NCBI GenBank assembly: GCA_043732485.1
Contig: JAYTHP010000111.1
Coordinates: 1-33,319 of the forward strand
Origin: Oligoflexia bacterium
GTDB lineage: Bacteria; Bdellovibrionota; UBA1018
Direction: 5' to 3'
DNA: 33,319 bases
A program made the position numbers and the translations under genes. The notes under the pieces were generated by a model. That model made no database searches and had not been told where the DNA came from. It saw only the letters and a list, made by a program, of their open reading frames with translations. The first letter of the stretch is position 1, and every line of letters begins with the position of its first letter. Positions 1 to 9,003 of this stretch are shown piece by piece.

Positions 1-898
1 TGGTGGCATCAAGCGGCGAGCTGGTAGCAGGAAAAGTCGTGGCATTGCCATCATCGGCAATCGCTAAAGAGAAGCCAATTTGCATCAGCGTTGGCACCCC
101 GCCTGCGGTGGGCTGAGTGGCCACCGCGCCTGAGCCTGAACCCAAGCAGCCGGTAGCAATGCCGCCACCGCCACCAAATCCCCCGCCTTGGGTGGCGCCG
201 TAGGCCTTGCACAAATCACTGGGATAAAACCCCAGCGTCACCCGCCCGGAGGTTCCCACCGACTTGGCTGCAAAAAAATAGTTGGTGCCCAGACTGTTGC
301 TGTTGCTGTTGGCGTTGGTCGCACCCTGATTGAAGCCCTGACAATTAGCAAGCGAACAAGCCACCCCGTTTACCGAAGCAATCGGCACGAGCTGTGGCGC
401 TGTGGTGTTGGAGCCTGCAGCTTGCAAAAACACCACCACCGACTGGCTCCCTGAGCTTACAATCGTCGTTAAGCTTGAAACCACCGTCACTTGAAAGACG
501 TTACTCAAAGCCGACTCGTTGGTCACCGACGCTGCAAGGCTTTGAGGGTTAAAGGTCTGAAAGACGGTTGGCCCCAAGCTCGCCTGCCCCGTAGGGTCGT
601 TCACCGTAAAATACAGGGTCGAGCCGCCGCCCACGGAAGGACTGGAGACCGAGCCTGCTGCAGGTAGGTTATTCACATCCAGCGGACTGACCGTGACGGT
701 GGCCCAGCCTAACGGCGCGCTCAGCAACCCAAAAAAGGCGAGCGCTTGCACCAGCTGCCCGCGCCCGCAGTGACTGATCCAGCTTGGGAGGCAGGCCCTT
801 TTGAGGCCTGACGACGGTGGCAACGGGATAAGTACTATGAACCTTAAGAATTTTGCGAAAAATTTTGGTGAAACTTGTTTTTGCGTTTTTTTGGACAT
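1..898 (-). CDS. Putative secreted or surface protein, Gly/Ser/Thr/Val-rich with several Cys; runs off the left edge and is absent from the ORF track
   Basis: Hand translation from ATG 898 gives 299 codons with no stop before position 1 (MSKKTQKQVSPKFF...LVQALAFFGLLSAPLGWA-TVTVSP...CSLANC...LGFYPSDLCKAY...IGFSLAIADDG). An in-frame TAA lies just upstream. A basic N-terminus, hydrophobic stretch and G-W-A resemble an extended signal peptide. Confidence 0.75.
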   Translation of the reverse strand, partial: MSKKTQKQVSPKFFAKFLRFIVLIPLPPSSGLKRACLPSWISHCGRGQLVQALAFFGLLSAPLGWATVTVSPLDVNNLPAAGSVSSPSVGGGSTLYFTVNDPTGQASLGPTVFQTFNPQSLAASVTNESALSNVFQVTVVSSLTTIVSSGSQSVVVFLQAAGSNTTAPQLVPIASVNGVACSLANCQGFNQGATNANSNSNSLGTNYFFAAKSVGTSGRVTLGFYPSDLCKAYGATQGGGFGGGGGIATGCLGSGSGAVATQPTAGGVPTLMQIGFSLAIADDGNATTFPATSSPLDAT

Positions 899-901
899 TT
901 T

Positions 902-936
902 TTAAGACTTTTCTTGTTAAGACTTTTTTTCTTAAG
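902..936. repeat. Direct repeat TTAAG(ACTTTT), 15-bp period, 3 copies
   Basis: TTAAGACTTTT at 902 and 917, TTAAG at 932. Confidence 0.7.
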
Positions 937-957
937 CCTGCATAAGGCTGAAACACC

Positions 958-1743
958 TCACTTCTGCTGGCTGCTGCTCCCGGGTTTTTCCTGCACCGCA
1001 AGCTGGCCGACCCCGCCTGAGGGACCTCCCCGCCGGCCCACCAAGTCACTGAGCGTTCTCCAGCCATTCCACAACACCCCCACGCCGATGTACAGACTGG
1101 ACATTAAAAACAAAGTCACTTCAGGCTTCACCAAAAGCATCAAAAAAAGCACCAAGCCCATGAGTAACAAACGAAAGCTGCCTTTCGAGCGCCAATTGAG
1201 ATCCTTAAACGACGGAAACTGCAAGTTACTGACCATCAGTCCTGCTAACAGAAGCGTCAACCCCAGCATCACCCCTGGCGAAGGCTTAAGCCACCCCTCA
1301 CCACCCCATTCCCCCAGCAGGAGAATCAGCGTGGGAAAGACGCTCGCTGCCATCGGTACTGACAACCCTTGAAAAAATCCTTGCGGCTGGATCTCAGAAT
1401 AAACGTTAAAGCGCGCCAAGCGCAAGGCGCTGCAAGCCACAAATAAAAAGGCCACACTCATACCCAACCGACCAAAAGGCTCAAGAATCCATTGATAGAC
1501 CAATAAGGCAGGCGCCAGTCCAAAGGACACCAAATCCGACAAACTATCGTACTCCACCCCAAACTGACTGGTGGCCTTCGCCAGCCGGGCAATGCGACCG
1601 TCGAGACTATCACACACACCCGCCACGACAATCCCCCAGGCCGCATGACTCCATTGCTGATGAATCGAAGCCACGATCGAATAAAACCCGCAAAACAGGT
1701 TCGCAGTGGTCACTAAATTAGGAACTAAGTAAATTTTTCGCAA
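958..1743 (-). CDS. pssA: CDP-diacylglycerol--serine O-phosphatidyltransferase
   Basis: PNLVTTANLFCGF start, CDP-alcohol phosphotransferase motif DSLDGRIAR...SQFGVEYDSLSDLVSFG, and ALRLARFN. TTG start. Confidence 0.93.
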   Translation of the reverse strand: MRKIYLVPNLVTTANLFCGFYSIVASIHQQWSHAAWGIVVAGVCDSLDGRIARLAKATSQFGVEYDSLSDLVSFGLAPALLVYQWILEPFGRLGMSVAFLFVACSALRLARFNVYSEIQPQGFFQGLSVPMAASVFPTLILLLGEWGGEGWLKPSPGVMLGLTLLLAGLMVSNLQFPSFKDLNWRSKGSFRLLLMGLVLFLMLLVKPEVTLFLMSSLYIGVGVLWNGWRTLSDLVGRRGGPSGGVGQLAVQEKPGSSSQQK

Positions 1744-1877
1744 TCGCTTTTTCCCTCTTTTTTTCCCACCGCTCGTAAAATCCTCAAGACCTTAAAGCCC
1801 CCTCGAAGACCTAACCCCTGCCACGCCAGGGAGCGCCCCCTCTTCTCCCCTTCTGCTTCAGCTTTCTCAGGGAGCCC

Positions 1878-2813
1878 TTAAGTTGCAGCCGTTCGTTGAG
1901 CTTTGATGCGTGCCTGCAGTTGCACTTCGGCGTCGGAAGCCCGCAGATACTCGGGCAAGACTCCCAGCGCAAGGTGAGCGTTATCTTGAGCCATCCCACC
2001 TCCAGTCACACCGACTTCACTCTCAACCACCTGCCGCCGCCTCATCTCCTGCACGCAACTCTCAGCCGCTAACACCCCTAAAAACCGCCCTTGAATATCA
2101 TTCTCTACAAGCCCCCACCAGCGGTGTGACCCTGCCGCCGCAGCCTGGGGAAGCTGCGCAAGCGGGCCCTGCCACAACTGCGGCACTCGCTCCACCGCAT
2201 TCCCGACGGCCATCCACTGCTTGAACGCTCCGCCTGCAAGCAGCAGCGCCATTTCGCTTTGAAACTGTACAGCCGTGAGCACCTTAGCTGAAGATCGCTG
2301 CTGCTGCTGCTGCTGATACGGTAAAAAACTTTCTGCCAATCCCCACAAGCCAAAAACCTCGCCCTTGCAAGCATCGGTCACGGCAATCACCAGCGTGCTT
2401 TGCCCGGCAAAGATCCTCGCCACCGGCTGAATCAGCGCCTTCAGACTCGAAATGCCGATTAAGGGCTTTTTTAAGTAATGCGCCAGTGTTCGCGCCGTGC
2501 TCACCCCAATCCGAAGCCCCGTGAAACTCCCTGGACCCACCCCCACGCCAAAGGCATCCACTTCGGCTAAGCGCCAGTCGGCAGCCTCCAGCAACTGGTG
2601 CACCCCCCAGAGTAGGCGCTCGGAATGCGTCCGCGTGACGTTAAACGACCACTCAGCCACCACCTTGCAATCCCACCCCGCTTGCGCCGCCCCGCCCTCC
2701 TTCTCCCCACACTCAGGAGTTTGGCGCGCGTTGATGGCAGGGGCCAGCGCAGTGACCTCCACCGCCACCCAGACGCCCGTGGGCGTTGAAGTATCCCAAG
2801 CAACCAGCTTCAT
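1878..2813 (-). CDS. tsaB: tRNA threonylcarbamoyladenosine biosynthesis protein TsaB, with low-complexity insertions
   Basis: Motifs AWDTST, THSERL, GPGSFTGLRIG, DACKGEVF and C-terminal PEYLRASDAE. Start overlaps the rseP stop (ATGA). Confidence 0.92.
   Translation of the reverse strand: MKLVAWDTSTPTGVWVAVEVTALAPAINARQTPECGEKEGGAAQAGWDCKVVAEWSFNVTRTHSERLLWGVHQLLEAADWRLAEVDAFGVGVGPGSFTGLRIGVSTARTLAHYLKKPLIGISSLKALIQPVARIFAGQSTLVIAVTDACKGEVFGLWGLAESFLPYQQQQQQRSSAKVLTAVQFQSEMALLLAGGAFKQWMAVGNAVERVPQLWQGPLAQLPQAAAAGSHRWWGLVENDIQGRFLGVLAAESCVQEMRRRQVVESEVGVTGGGMAQDNAHLALGVLPEYLRASDAEVQLQARIKAQRTAAT
2298..2315. repeat. (CTG)6 microsatellite encoding poly-Gln in TsaB
   Basis: Six perfect CTG units, translated QQQQQQ on the minus strand. 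Confidence 0.9.
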
Positions 2814-4573
2814 GGAGCAAGCAGCCTGGCAAAGTCATTCCAAAAAGCAATCACCATCAGCGAGAGAATAAAAACCAGCCCGATCGCCTGCACCACTTCC
2901 ATCTGCTTGACGCTCAAAGGCTTTCTTCGCACCACTTCCACCCCGAGTAACAACAAATGACCGCCGTCTAAGACCGGGATAGGGAGGATATTGAGCACCC
3001 CGAGGCCAATCGAGAAAATAGCCATATTATTGAGAAAGGTATTCCAGCCGCGGGTCAGCGATTCCCCAGCGATTTTTCCAATCATCAAGGGCCCCCCCAA
3101 GGTGCCGACTGAAACGTCACCAAAAAGCATCTTTTTTAAGGATAAAAAATTACGCCAAGAGAGTGTGACCATTTTTTGGAACCCTAAACTCACCAGCTTG
3201 ATCGGATTCCACACCTGCTCAATCATCCACTCAGGCTCGGCAAACACCAGCCAGGGTGCCACACCTATCGTGTACTGGGTCACTTTCTTCAAAGTCGGAT
3301 CATGCCCCGTGGTCGACTGCGGCAAGATCGAAGCGACATGCTCTCGCCCAGCGCGCTGCCAATGCAGCAAGACCTTGCCTGCACCCTCACCCCTCGTACT
3401 CTCACCACTCTTTTGCACCAACGCGCGCAAATGAGCAAAACTGCGCACTGCCGTGTCCCCCACCGCCGTGATCCGATCACCGATCATGATCCCGGCCAAC
3501 CAGGCAGGCGACCCTTCCAGCACTTTTTCGATAAAAAGCTCAGAAGAAAACAAACCCCAATCAGCCTCTAACCCTAAGGACGTCTCAGGCTTACGTAACT
3601 CCACCACGCTCACAGCAACAGCACCAACCGGAGCCGCCGGCGTTTCTACGAGCGCTGCGACTGCTGTGGCCTTTTTTTGAAAGCTTAATCGCAAACGGCT
3701 ACCTGAAGCAAAGGCTTGGTAACGCGCCTCCAAGCTTTCCCAATTCAATTTTGGCTCAGACGCGGCCGGGGTAGGCTTGCTGCCTGACGTCACTTCGAGC
3801 AAATCCACCAGCTCATCGCCCGTGGTCAATCCCGCTAAGCCTGCGGGCGAGTGCGGATCGTCAATCCCCACCACCAAGGCCCTGGGATAAGGCGAGATGC
3901 CGTCAATTTCCCCGACGCGGCCCGCCTCCCCGTAAATACTAAAGCCCTCCTGGGCAGTAGGCGCAATGTGCAATCGCACGGGGCTCGACCCCTGCGGGTG
4001 CACGACCAAGAGCTCGAGCTCCTGATTGGCGCTCTCATTGAGAATGATAAAAAGATCTTCAAATTTCGTCAAAGGTTGCTGATTGATAGCCAGGATCTGA
4101 TCCCCGCTGCGCAAGCCACTTTTTTCCGCAAAAGAGCCGTGCACCACCCGCCCAAGGCGGCTAGCCACTTGCTGTTCCCCCAGCACCAGGATCACCATGA
4201 AGATGAAGGTGGCGAGGATAAAATTAAAAAGCGGGCCGCCAAAAAAGATAAAAAATCGCTTCCAGGCCGCCTGATAGTGTAACGAGGCAGGGCGCTCTTC
4301 TAGCGCGATCGGAGCTTCCGCGTCCTCCCCCAAAAGCTTGACGTAGCCGCCTAAGGGAATCAACGAGAAACGAAATTCGGTGCCACTCCAGACGCGCGAC
4401 CAAAGGGTGGGACCAAAGCCGACCGAGAAGATCTCGGCTTTCACGCCAAAAAGCCTAGCAAATAAGAAATGTCCCAGCTCGTGAAAAACTACAAGCGGCA
4501 AGAGAATCAACACAAAAGCCATGCCGGAGTGCAAAAAAGAAAGTAACCCTTCCATCAAACGTGCGAGATTCAT
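2810..4573 (-). CDS. rseP: RIP metalloprotease RseP (M50) with three PDZ-like segments
   Basis: Motifs HELGH, FSVGFGP, IPLGGYVKL, GGPLFN and LNILPIPVLDGGH, plus three S-[PF]-A-x-x-[AS]-G-x-x-x-G-D PDZ motifs. Confidence 0.93.
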   Translation of the reverse strand: MNLARLMEGLLSFLHSGMAFVLILLPLVVFHELGHFLFARLFGVKAEIFSVGFGPTLWSRVWSGTEFRFSLIPLGGYVKLLGEDAEAPIALEERPASLHYQAAWKRFFIFFGGPLFNFILATFIFMVILVLGEQQVASRLGRVVHGSFAEKSGLRSGDQILAINQQPLTKFEDLFIILNESANQELELLVVHPQGSSPVRLHIAPTAQEGFSIYGEAGRVGEIDGISPYPRALVVGIDDPHSPAGLAGLTTGDELVDLLEVTSGSKPTPAASEPKLNWESLEARYQAFASGSRLRLSFQKKATAVAALVETPAAPVGAVAVSVVELRKPETSLGLEADWGLFSSELFIEKVLEGSPAWLAGIMIGDRITAVGDTAVRSFAHLRALVQKSGESTRGEGAGKVLLHWQRAGREHVASILPQSTTGHDPTLKKVTQYTIGVAPWLVFAEPEWMIEQVWNPIKLVSLGFQKMVTLSWRNFLSLKKMLFGDVSVGTLGGPLMIGKIAGESLTRGWNTFLNNMAIFSIGLGVLNILPIPVLDGGHLLLLGVEVVRRKPLSVKQMEVVQAIGLVFILSLMVIAFWNDFARLLAP

Positions 4574-4732
4574 ACGATTTTTCCCTTTCTAGTGGCAAGC
4601 GTTTGTGCCGGTGGGGATTTTTTGGGCAACGCTGAACAGCCTTATCGGACGGACCGGTCAGAAACCCTGGCTGCGTGAGGCAAAGGACCACGGATGGGTG
4701 GGTCGGTGCTTGTTCTTTTCCCCCATGGGGCT

Positions 4733-5566
4733 TCAAATCCCACTCAACAAACGCACACAAGCATACATCACCGGCAGACTAAAGACTAAACTATCAAAAC
4801 GATCTAAAAAACCCCCATGCCCGGGGAGAATCGATCCCGAATCCTTGCGATCAAAAGCCCTCTTAAGTAGGCTCTCACATAAATCACCCATTTGGGCAAA
4901 AATCCCGACCAAAGTGGCAATCAGCACCACAAAAACCCACCGCAAATGCGGCAAAAAGCTAATCTTTGCCACCGCCATCGTTAAAATACCCCCCACCAAA
5001 CCACTGGCCGCACCTTCGATGGTTTTTTTCGGGCTCACCGCTGGGTAAAGCTTACGCTTCCCCCAGACCTTGCCGGCAAAATAGGCAAGCGAATCACCCA
5101 CCCAGATGAGGAAGAAAAAACAAATCACCCACCCCAAGCCCTGATGCAGGTGCGACAGGCGCACCAAGTACAAGGGCAAGAAGGCCAGATAAATCAATCC
5201 AAAAACACAGTACATCAATTCTTGAAAGTGAATCCCGCGCGTCCACGCCGAGTGACGGCTGGCGGTGAGCAAAAAATAGCTAGAAAAGAGCAAAAAAAGT
5301 AACACCAGCGCAGAAAACTCCGACTGCGGCATCAAGAAATTGACGCTATGCAGCCAGCCAGTCAAGAGCAACAGCAACTGACGCTTCTCCTTACGATCCG
5401 AAAGACTTAAAGTGATTTCTGCAAATTCTGCCACCATACCCAGCGCAATCACCAGCGCCAAAAAAGCCACACCCAGGACTCCGCCCCACCAAATCACCGA
5501 TAAGAGCGCTGGCACGCCAATCAAACCTGTGCCAATTCTTTTTTTTAATTCGTTACGCTGATTCAT
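4733..5566 (-). CDS. cdsA: Phosphatidate cytidylyltransferase
   Basis: Signature SPKKTIEG...GDLCESLLKR...KDSGSILPGHGGFLDRFDS. Likely start is ATG 5566 (MNQRNELKKR); the track uses GTG 5617. Confidence 0.93.
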   Translation of the reverse strand: MNQRNELKKRIGTGLIGVPALLSVIWWGGVLGVAFLALVIALGMVAEFAEITLSLSDRKEKRQLLLLLTGWLHSVNFLMPQSEFSALVLLFLLFSSYFLLTASRHSAWTRGIHFQELMYCVFGLIYLAFLPLYLVRLSHLHQGLGWVICFFFLIWVGDSLAYFAGKVWGKRKLYPAVSPKKTIEGAASGLVGGILTMAVAKISFLPHLRWVFVVLIATLVGIFAQMGDLCESLLKRAFDRKDSGSILPGHGGFLDRFDSLVFSLPVMYACVRLLSGI

Positions 5567-5617
5567 GTCGCCATTTCTTCCCACCAGACACCCTTTTGTT
5601 TCTTTTTTCCCGCACAC

Positions 5618-6547
5618 CTAAGCCAAGCCTCCGACAGCAGTCACCACCGCCTCCAAAGACCCAGTAGCAGCCACCGGACTTCGCAGCCCAGGAGCAGCAC
5701 CACTCCCGCCGCGCTCAGCTCCCGCCCGCATCGGTTCTTTCGGGATCGATGAGGTAGGGGGGGGGGTGGGCGAGGTTTTAAGAGGGGGTGCAGCAGCCGT
5801 CAGCGCGGGTAGGAGCTGACCAAAACGCCGTTCGCGCTGAGTGTACTGTAAAACGGCTTGCTTAAAATCGTGGGGTAAAAAGTCCGGCCAACAGACATCC
5901 AGGAAGACAAATTCAGCGTAAGCCGACTGCCAGAGTAGGAAATTACTCATTCTTTGCTCGCCACTGGTGCGAATAAAAAGGTCGACCTCCTGGCACTCAC
6001 CAAAATCCGAAGTCCACAAGTAATCTTGCATCACAGCCTCAGACATGCCCTCCGGCTGCCTACGTCCCGCTAAGCAATCCTCCGCAAACAGCTTCGCCGC
6101 TCGCACGAGCTCGCTTCTGGCCCCGTAAGACAGGGCAAAAGTGAGTTGTAATCCGGTATTTTGCGCAAGCCGCGCAATCAAAGGATGCAGCACGCTTGCC
6201 ACATCGCCACTGAGCTTCTCAATCTCGCCAATCACCCGCAGCCGTACGTTTTGGCGGTGCAGTTCATTGCCATCGCGAATCAGGTATTTTTTTAACAGCC
6301 GCCACAATACTTGGCGCTCTTGTTCCGGACGATTCCAATTTTCCGTTGAGAAGGCATACAAGGTCAGCGCCTTTACCCCCATACGAATGGCCTCCTCGAC
6401 AATCCCTCGCACCCGGCTGGAACCTCGGACATGACCAAAAAAGCGGGGATGCCCGCGACGCTCAGCCCAACGACCATTGCCATCCATAATGATGGCCACA
6501 TGCTTGGGTAACTTTAACGCTAAACTCTCCCCCCTGGTTTCACTCAA
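5618..6547 (-). CDS. uppS: Undecaprenyl diphosphate synthase with a Pro/Ala/Gly-rich C-terminal tail of about 65 aa
   Basis: Motifs HVAIIMDGNGRWA, YAFSTENWNRP, IRTSGEQRMSNFLLWQ and RERRFG. TTG start with GGAGG upstream. Confidence 0.95.
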   Translation of the reverse strand: MSETRGESLALKLPKHVAIIMDGNGRWAERRGHPRFFGHVRGSSRVRGIVEEAIRMGVKALTLYAFSTENWNRPEQERQVLWRLLKKYLIRDGNELHRQNVRLRVIGEIEKLSGDVASVLHPLIARLAQNTGLQLTFALSYGARSELVRAAKLFAEDCLAGRRQPEGMSEAVMQDYLWTSDFGECQEVDLFIRTSGEQRMSNFLLWQSAYAEFVFLDVCWPDFLPHDFKQAVLQYTQRERRFGQLLPALTAAAPPLKTSPTPPPTSSIPKEPMRAGAERGGSGAAPGLRSPVAATGSLEAVVTAVGGLA

Positions 6548-6804
6548 AGCGCCCCTCCGTTTTCCAGTGGCTCTTACTCACACTCACCTTCCGCCGCAAC
6601 CTCATCGTCGTTTTAGCAAGCGTTTTAGGCGAGTGCCTTTTTGGGCTTTCCGTCCTCTCTCACTTGGTCCTTACACCAGCGCTTGCCACCGCAAGTCCTC
6701 TGCTTTTCAGGAACACTTTTCTCAATTTTTTGGGGGAATGACCATGCCGCTATCTCTGCGGAGCGAGGACCTGGGGCGTTTCCGTGGAGCACCGTCAGCA
6801 CGAC

Positions 6805-7371
6805 TCAAACCGTCAGAATCTCTTTTTCCTTACTGGCGATGACTTTGTCAATCTCGCTGACCTTCTCGTCGGTTTTCTTTTGCACCTGCTCCAAGGCCTT
6901 CGCCACTTCATCTTCTGACAAAGAGCGGGCTTTTTCAAGCTTCTTCAGCTCTTCGTTGGCTTCTCGGCGATGGTTACGGGCGGCAATCTTACCCTCCTCA
7001 CCCATCTTCTTCACCAACTTCACCATCTCCTTACGCCGTTCTTCGGTTAAGGCCGGTAGCGGGATACGGATCAGTTTTCCATCATTTTGAGGGGTTAACC
7101 CTAAGTTGGCCGCCAGAATCGCTTTTTCCACCGCCCCCATCATCCCCGACTCCCAGGGCGCAACCTGAATCGTCCGAGCATCAGGCGTCGTCACGTTGGC
7201 CACCTGATTCAACGGCATGCTTGAGCCATAGTAATCCACATGCACCGTATCGACTAAAGCAGTCGAGGCTCGACCAGTCCGCACCTTCGCTAAATCACCC
7301 TTCAAGGAGGCAATCCCCTTGTCCATCTGACTCAGCAGCTGGGCCAATACGGCCTCTAAACTGGGGTTCAT
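6805..7371 (-). CDS. frr: Ribosome recycling factor
   Basis: Motifs VRTGRAS, VDYYG, LGLTPQNDG, PALTEERRKEMVK and KEKEIL. Confidence 0.96.
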   Translation of the reverse strand: MNPSLEAVLAQLLSQMDKGIASLKGDLAKVRTGRASTALVDTVHVDYYGSSMPLNQVANVTTPDARTIQVAPWESGMMGAVEKAILAANLGLTPQNDGKLIRIPLPALTEERRKEMVKLVKKMGEEGKIAARNHRREANEELKKLEKARSLSEDEVAKALEQVQKKTDEKVSEIDKVIASKEKEILTV

Positions 7372-7985
7372 GCGCTCTCAACTTCCTTTTGGTGCTCACC
7401 TAAAGCAAACCGTGCAAAGCGGCGAATCGTCAAGTTTTCACCCAGCGTCATCACCGCTTCCTTCAAAAGCACTTCAATGGTCTTGGAGGAATCCTTCACA
7501 AAAACTTGATTGAGCAGACAAAAGTCCTCGTAAAACTTCTTAATCTTACCCTCAATGATCTTTTCCAAAATCTGCGGAGGCTTACCCTGATTCCCCACCT
7601 GAGCTGCCACGATTTCTTTTTCCTTGGCAATCACTTCCGCACTAACTTCAGCACTGGACACATACAACGGCTTTACCGCCGCAATGTGCATCGCAATGTC
7701 TTTGGCCAACGTGCGAAACTGATCTGTGCGTGCCACGAAATCAGTCTCACAGTTCATTTCCAGCAATACTCCCACTTTGCCTTCGCCATGAATGTAGGAA
7801 ATCACCGCCCCTTGATCCGTAGCCCGGTGGGTTTTTTTTGCAGCATTCTCGAAGCCTTTTTTTCTTAAAAGATCTACGGCCTTCTGAAAATCACCGCCAG
7901 CATCAGTCAGTGCTTTCTTACACTCCATGATCCCGACCCCTGTTTTTTCTCGAAGTTCTTTTACCTGCGACGCTGAGATTTCCAT
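7368..7985 (-). CDS. tsf: Elongation factor Ts, short form (205 aa)
   Basis: MEISASQVKELREKTGVGIMECKKAL, NCETDFVA and RRFARF. ATG 7985 follows an AGGAG Shine-Dalgarno (SD) sequence; the track start at 8051 is too long. Confidence 0.95.
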   Translation of the reverse strand: MEISASQVKELREKTGVGIMECKKALTDAGGDFQKAVDLLRKKGFENAAKKTHRATDQGAVISYIHGEGKVGVLLEMNCETDFVARTDQFRTLAKDIAMHIAAVKPLYVSSAEVSAEVIAKEKEIVAAQVGNQGKPPQILEKIIEGKIKKFYEDFCLLNQVFVKDSSKTIEVLLKEAVMTLGENLTIRRFARFALGEHQKEVESA

Positions 7986-7992
7986 GACACTC

Positions 7993-8985
7993 CTAAGCTT
8001 GAATCGTTTTTTTAATCCCTTTGGGCACCTTCGCTCCGGCCACAGCAGCAACCGGCGCCTGCACCGCAGGAGCAGGATCCCCGCTCACCACCGTGCTCAC
8101 CACCGCACTCACCACCGTTACCGCTACTGCCGTTACGCCATCTTCTCCGGTCGTTGCGAGTTCCGCTTCGACTTCCTGAGCCTCAAGGTCCGCTTCATCC
8201 ATGCCCTGCAGGTCAATGTCGCCTTCAAAGCGCGATACCTTTTTCTCAAGATCGCCATCATCCTTATGATCGGCATTTTCCTGTGCTCTAAGTTTCTCTT
8301 GATGAATGCGGGTGCCTTCTAAGCAACTATCGGAAATCAAGCGGGCAAAGAGTCGAATGCTGCGAATCGCATCATCGTTACCAGGAATCACAAAAGTCAC
8401 ATCCGAAGGATCACAGTTAGTATCCACCACAGCAATCGTGGGAATCCCCAACTTCTTGGCTTCTTTCACCGCAATATGCTCTTTTTCGGTATCAATCACG
8501 AAAATCGCTCCAGGCAGCTTCTTCATGTCTTGAATGCCACCCAGTGATTTTCTTAAGTTATCTAACTCGCGGTCATAGCGGGATTGCTCTTTCTTCGGCG
8601 TTTCATTCCATTCCGGAGAAATCTTCAGCGCTTCGAGCTTCTTCAAGCGATCAATCGAGGCCTTCACCGTCTGATAGTTGGTGAGCATGCCGCCTAACCA
8701 ACGGTTGGTGACAAAATACATCCCCGAGCGCTTGGCTTCTTCTTCCACCACTTCCTTGGCTTGCTTCTTGGTGCCCACGAAAAGCACTTTTTTGCCTTCA
8801 GCAACCACTTTGGTCGCAAAAGCACAAGCCGCTCGCGCTTGATCTACCGTTTTTTGCAGATCAATGATGTAAATTCCATTTCTCGCCCCAAAAACATAAG
8901 GCTTCATTTTTGGATTCCATCGACGTGTCTGGTGACCAAAATGAACTCCAGACTCAAGCAGCTCGCGCATCGTAACTACAGGCAT
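7993..8985 (-). CDS. rpsB: 30S ribosomal protein S2 with a long C-terminal extension
   Basis: Motifs [34 protein letters not shown] and [19 protein letters not shown]. Confidence 0.97.
   Translation of the reverse strand: MPVVTMRELLESGVHFGHQTRRWNPKMKPYVFGARNGIYIIDLQKTVDQARAACAFATKVVAEGKKVLFVGTKKQAKEVVEEEAKRSGMYFVTNRWLGGMLTNYQTVKASIDRLKKLEALKISPEWNETPKKEQSRYDRELDNLRKSLGGIQDMKKLPGAIFVIDTEKEHIAVKEAKKLGIPTIAVVDTNCDPSDVTFVIPGNDDAIRSIRLFARLISDSCLEGTRIHQEKLRAQENADHKDDGDLEKKVSRFEGDIDLQGMDEADLEAQEVEAELATTGEDGVTAVAVTVVSAVVSTVVSGDPAPAVQAPVAAVAGAKVPKGIKKTIQA
8084..8119. repeat. 12-bp tandem repeat CTCACCACCGNN, 3 copies, in the rpsB 3' extension
   Basis: Units at 8084, 8096 and 8108 encode [12 protein letters not shown]. 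Confidence 0.85.
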
Positions 8986-9003
8986 TCAATCAACTCCCTA
9001 ACT

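Noticed and set aside
669..1067. 132-aa minus-strand ORF
   Set aside because: It overlaps both pssA and the better-supported ORF at 1-898 in another frame.
4594..4610. Sigma54-like CGGCAC…TTGC upstream of rseP
   Set aside because: The GG-to-GC spacing is 11 nt, not the required 10.
6548..6804. pyrH remnant or RNA gene in the frr-uppS spacer
   Set aside because: It is on the wrong side of frr for pyrH, and I saw no PyrH motif, cloverleaf or T-loop. The spacer remains unexplained.
7368..7985. Short EF-Ts read as a truncation
   Set aside because: An EF-Ts of about 200 aa is a known natural form (Thermus, cyanobacteria, many deltaproteobacteria), and both ends are intact.
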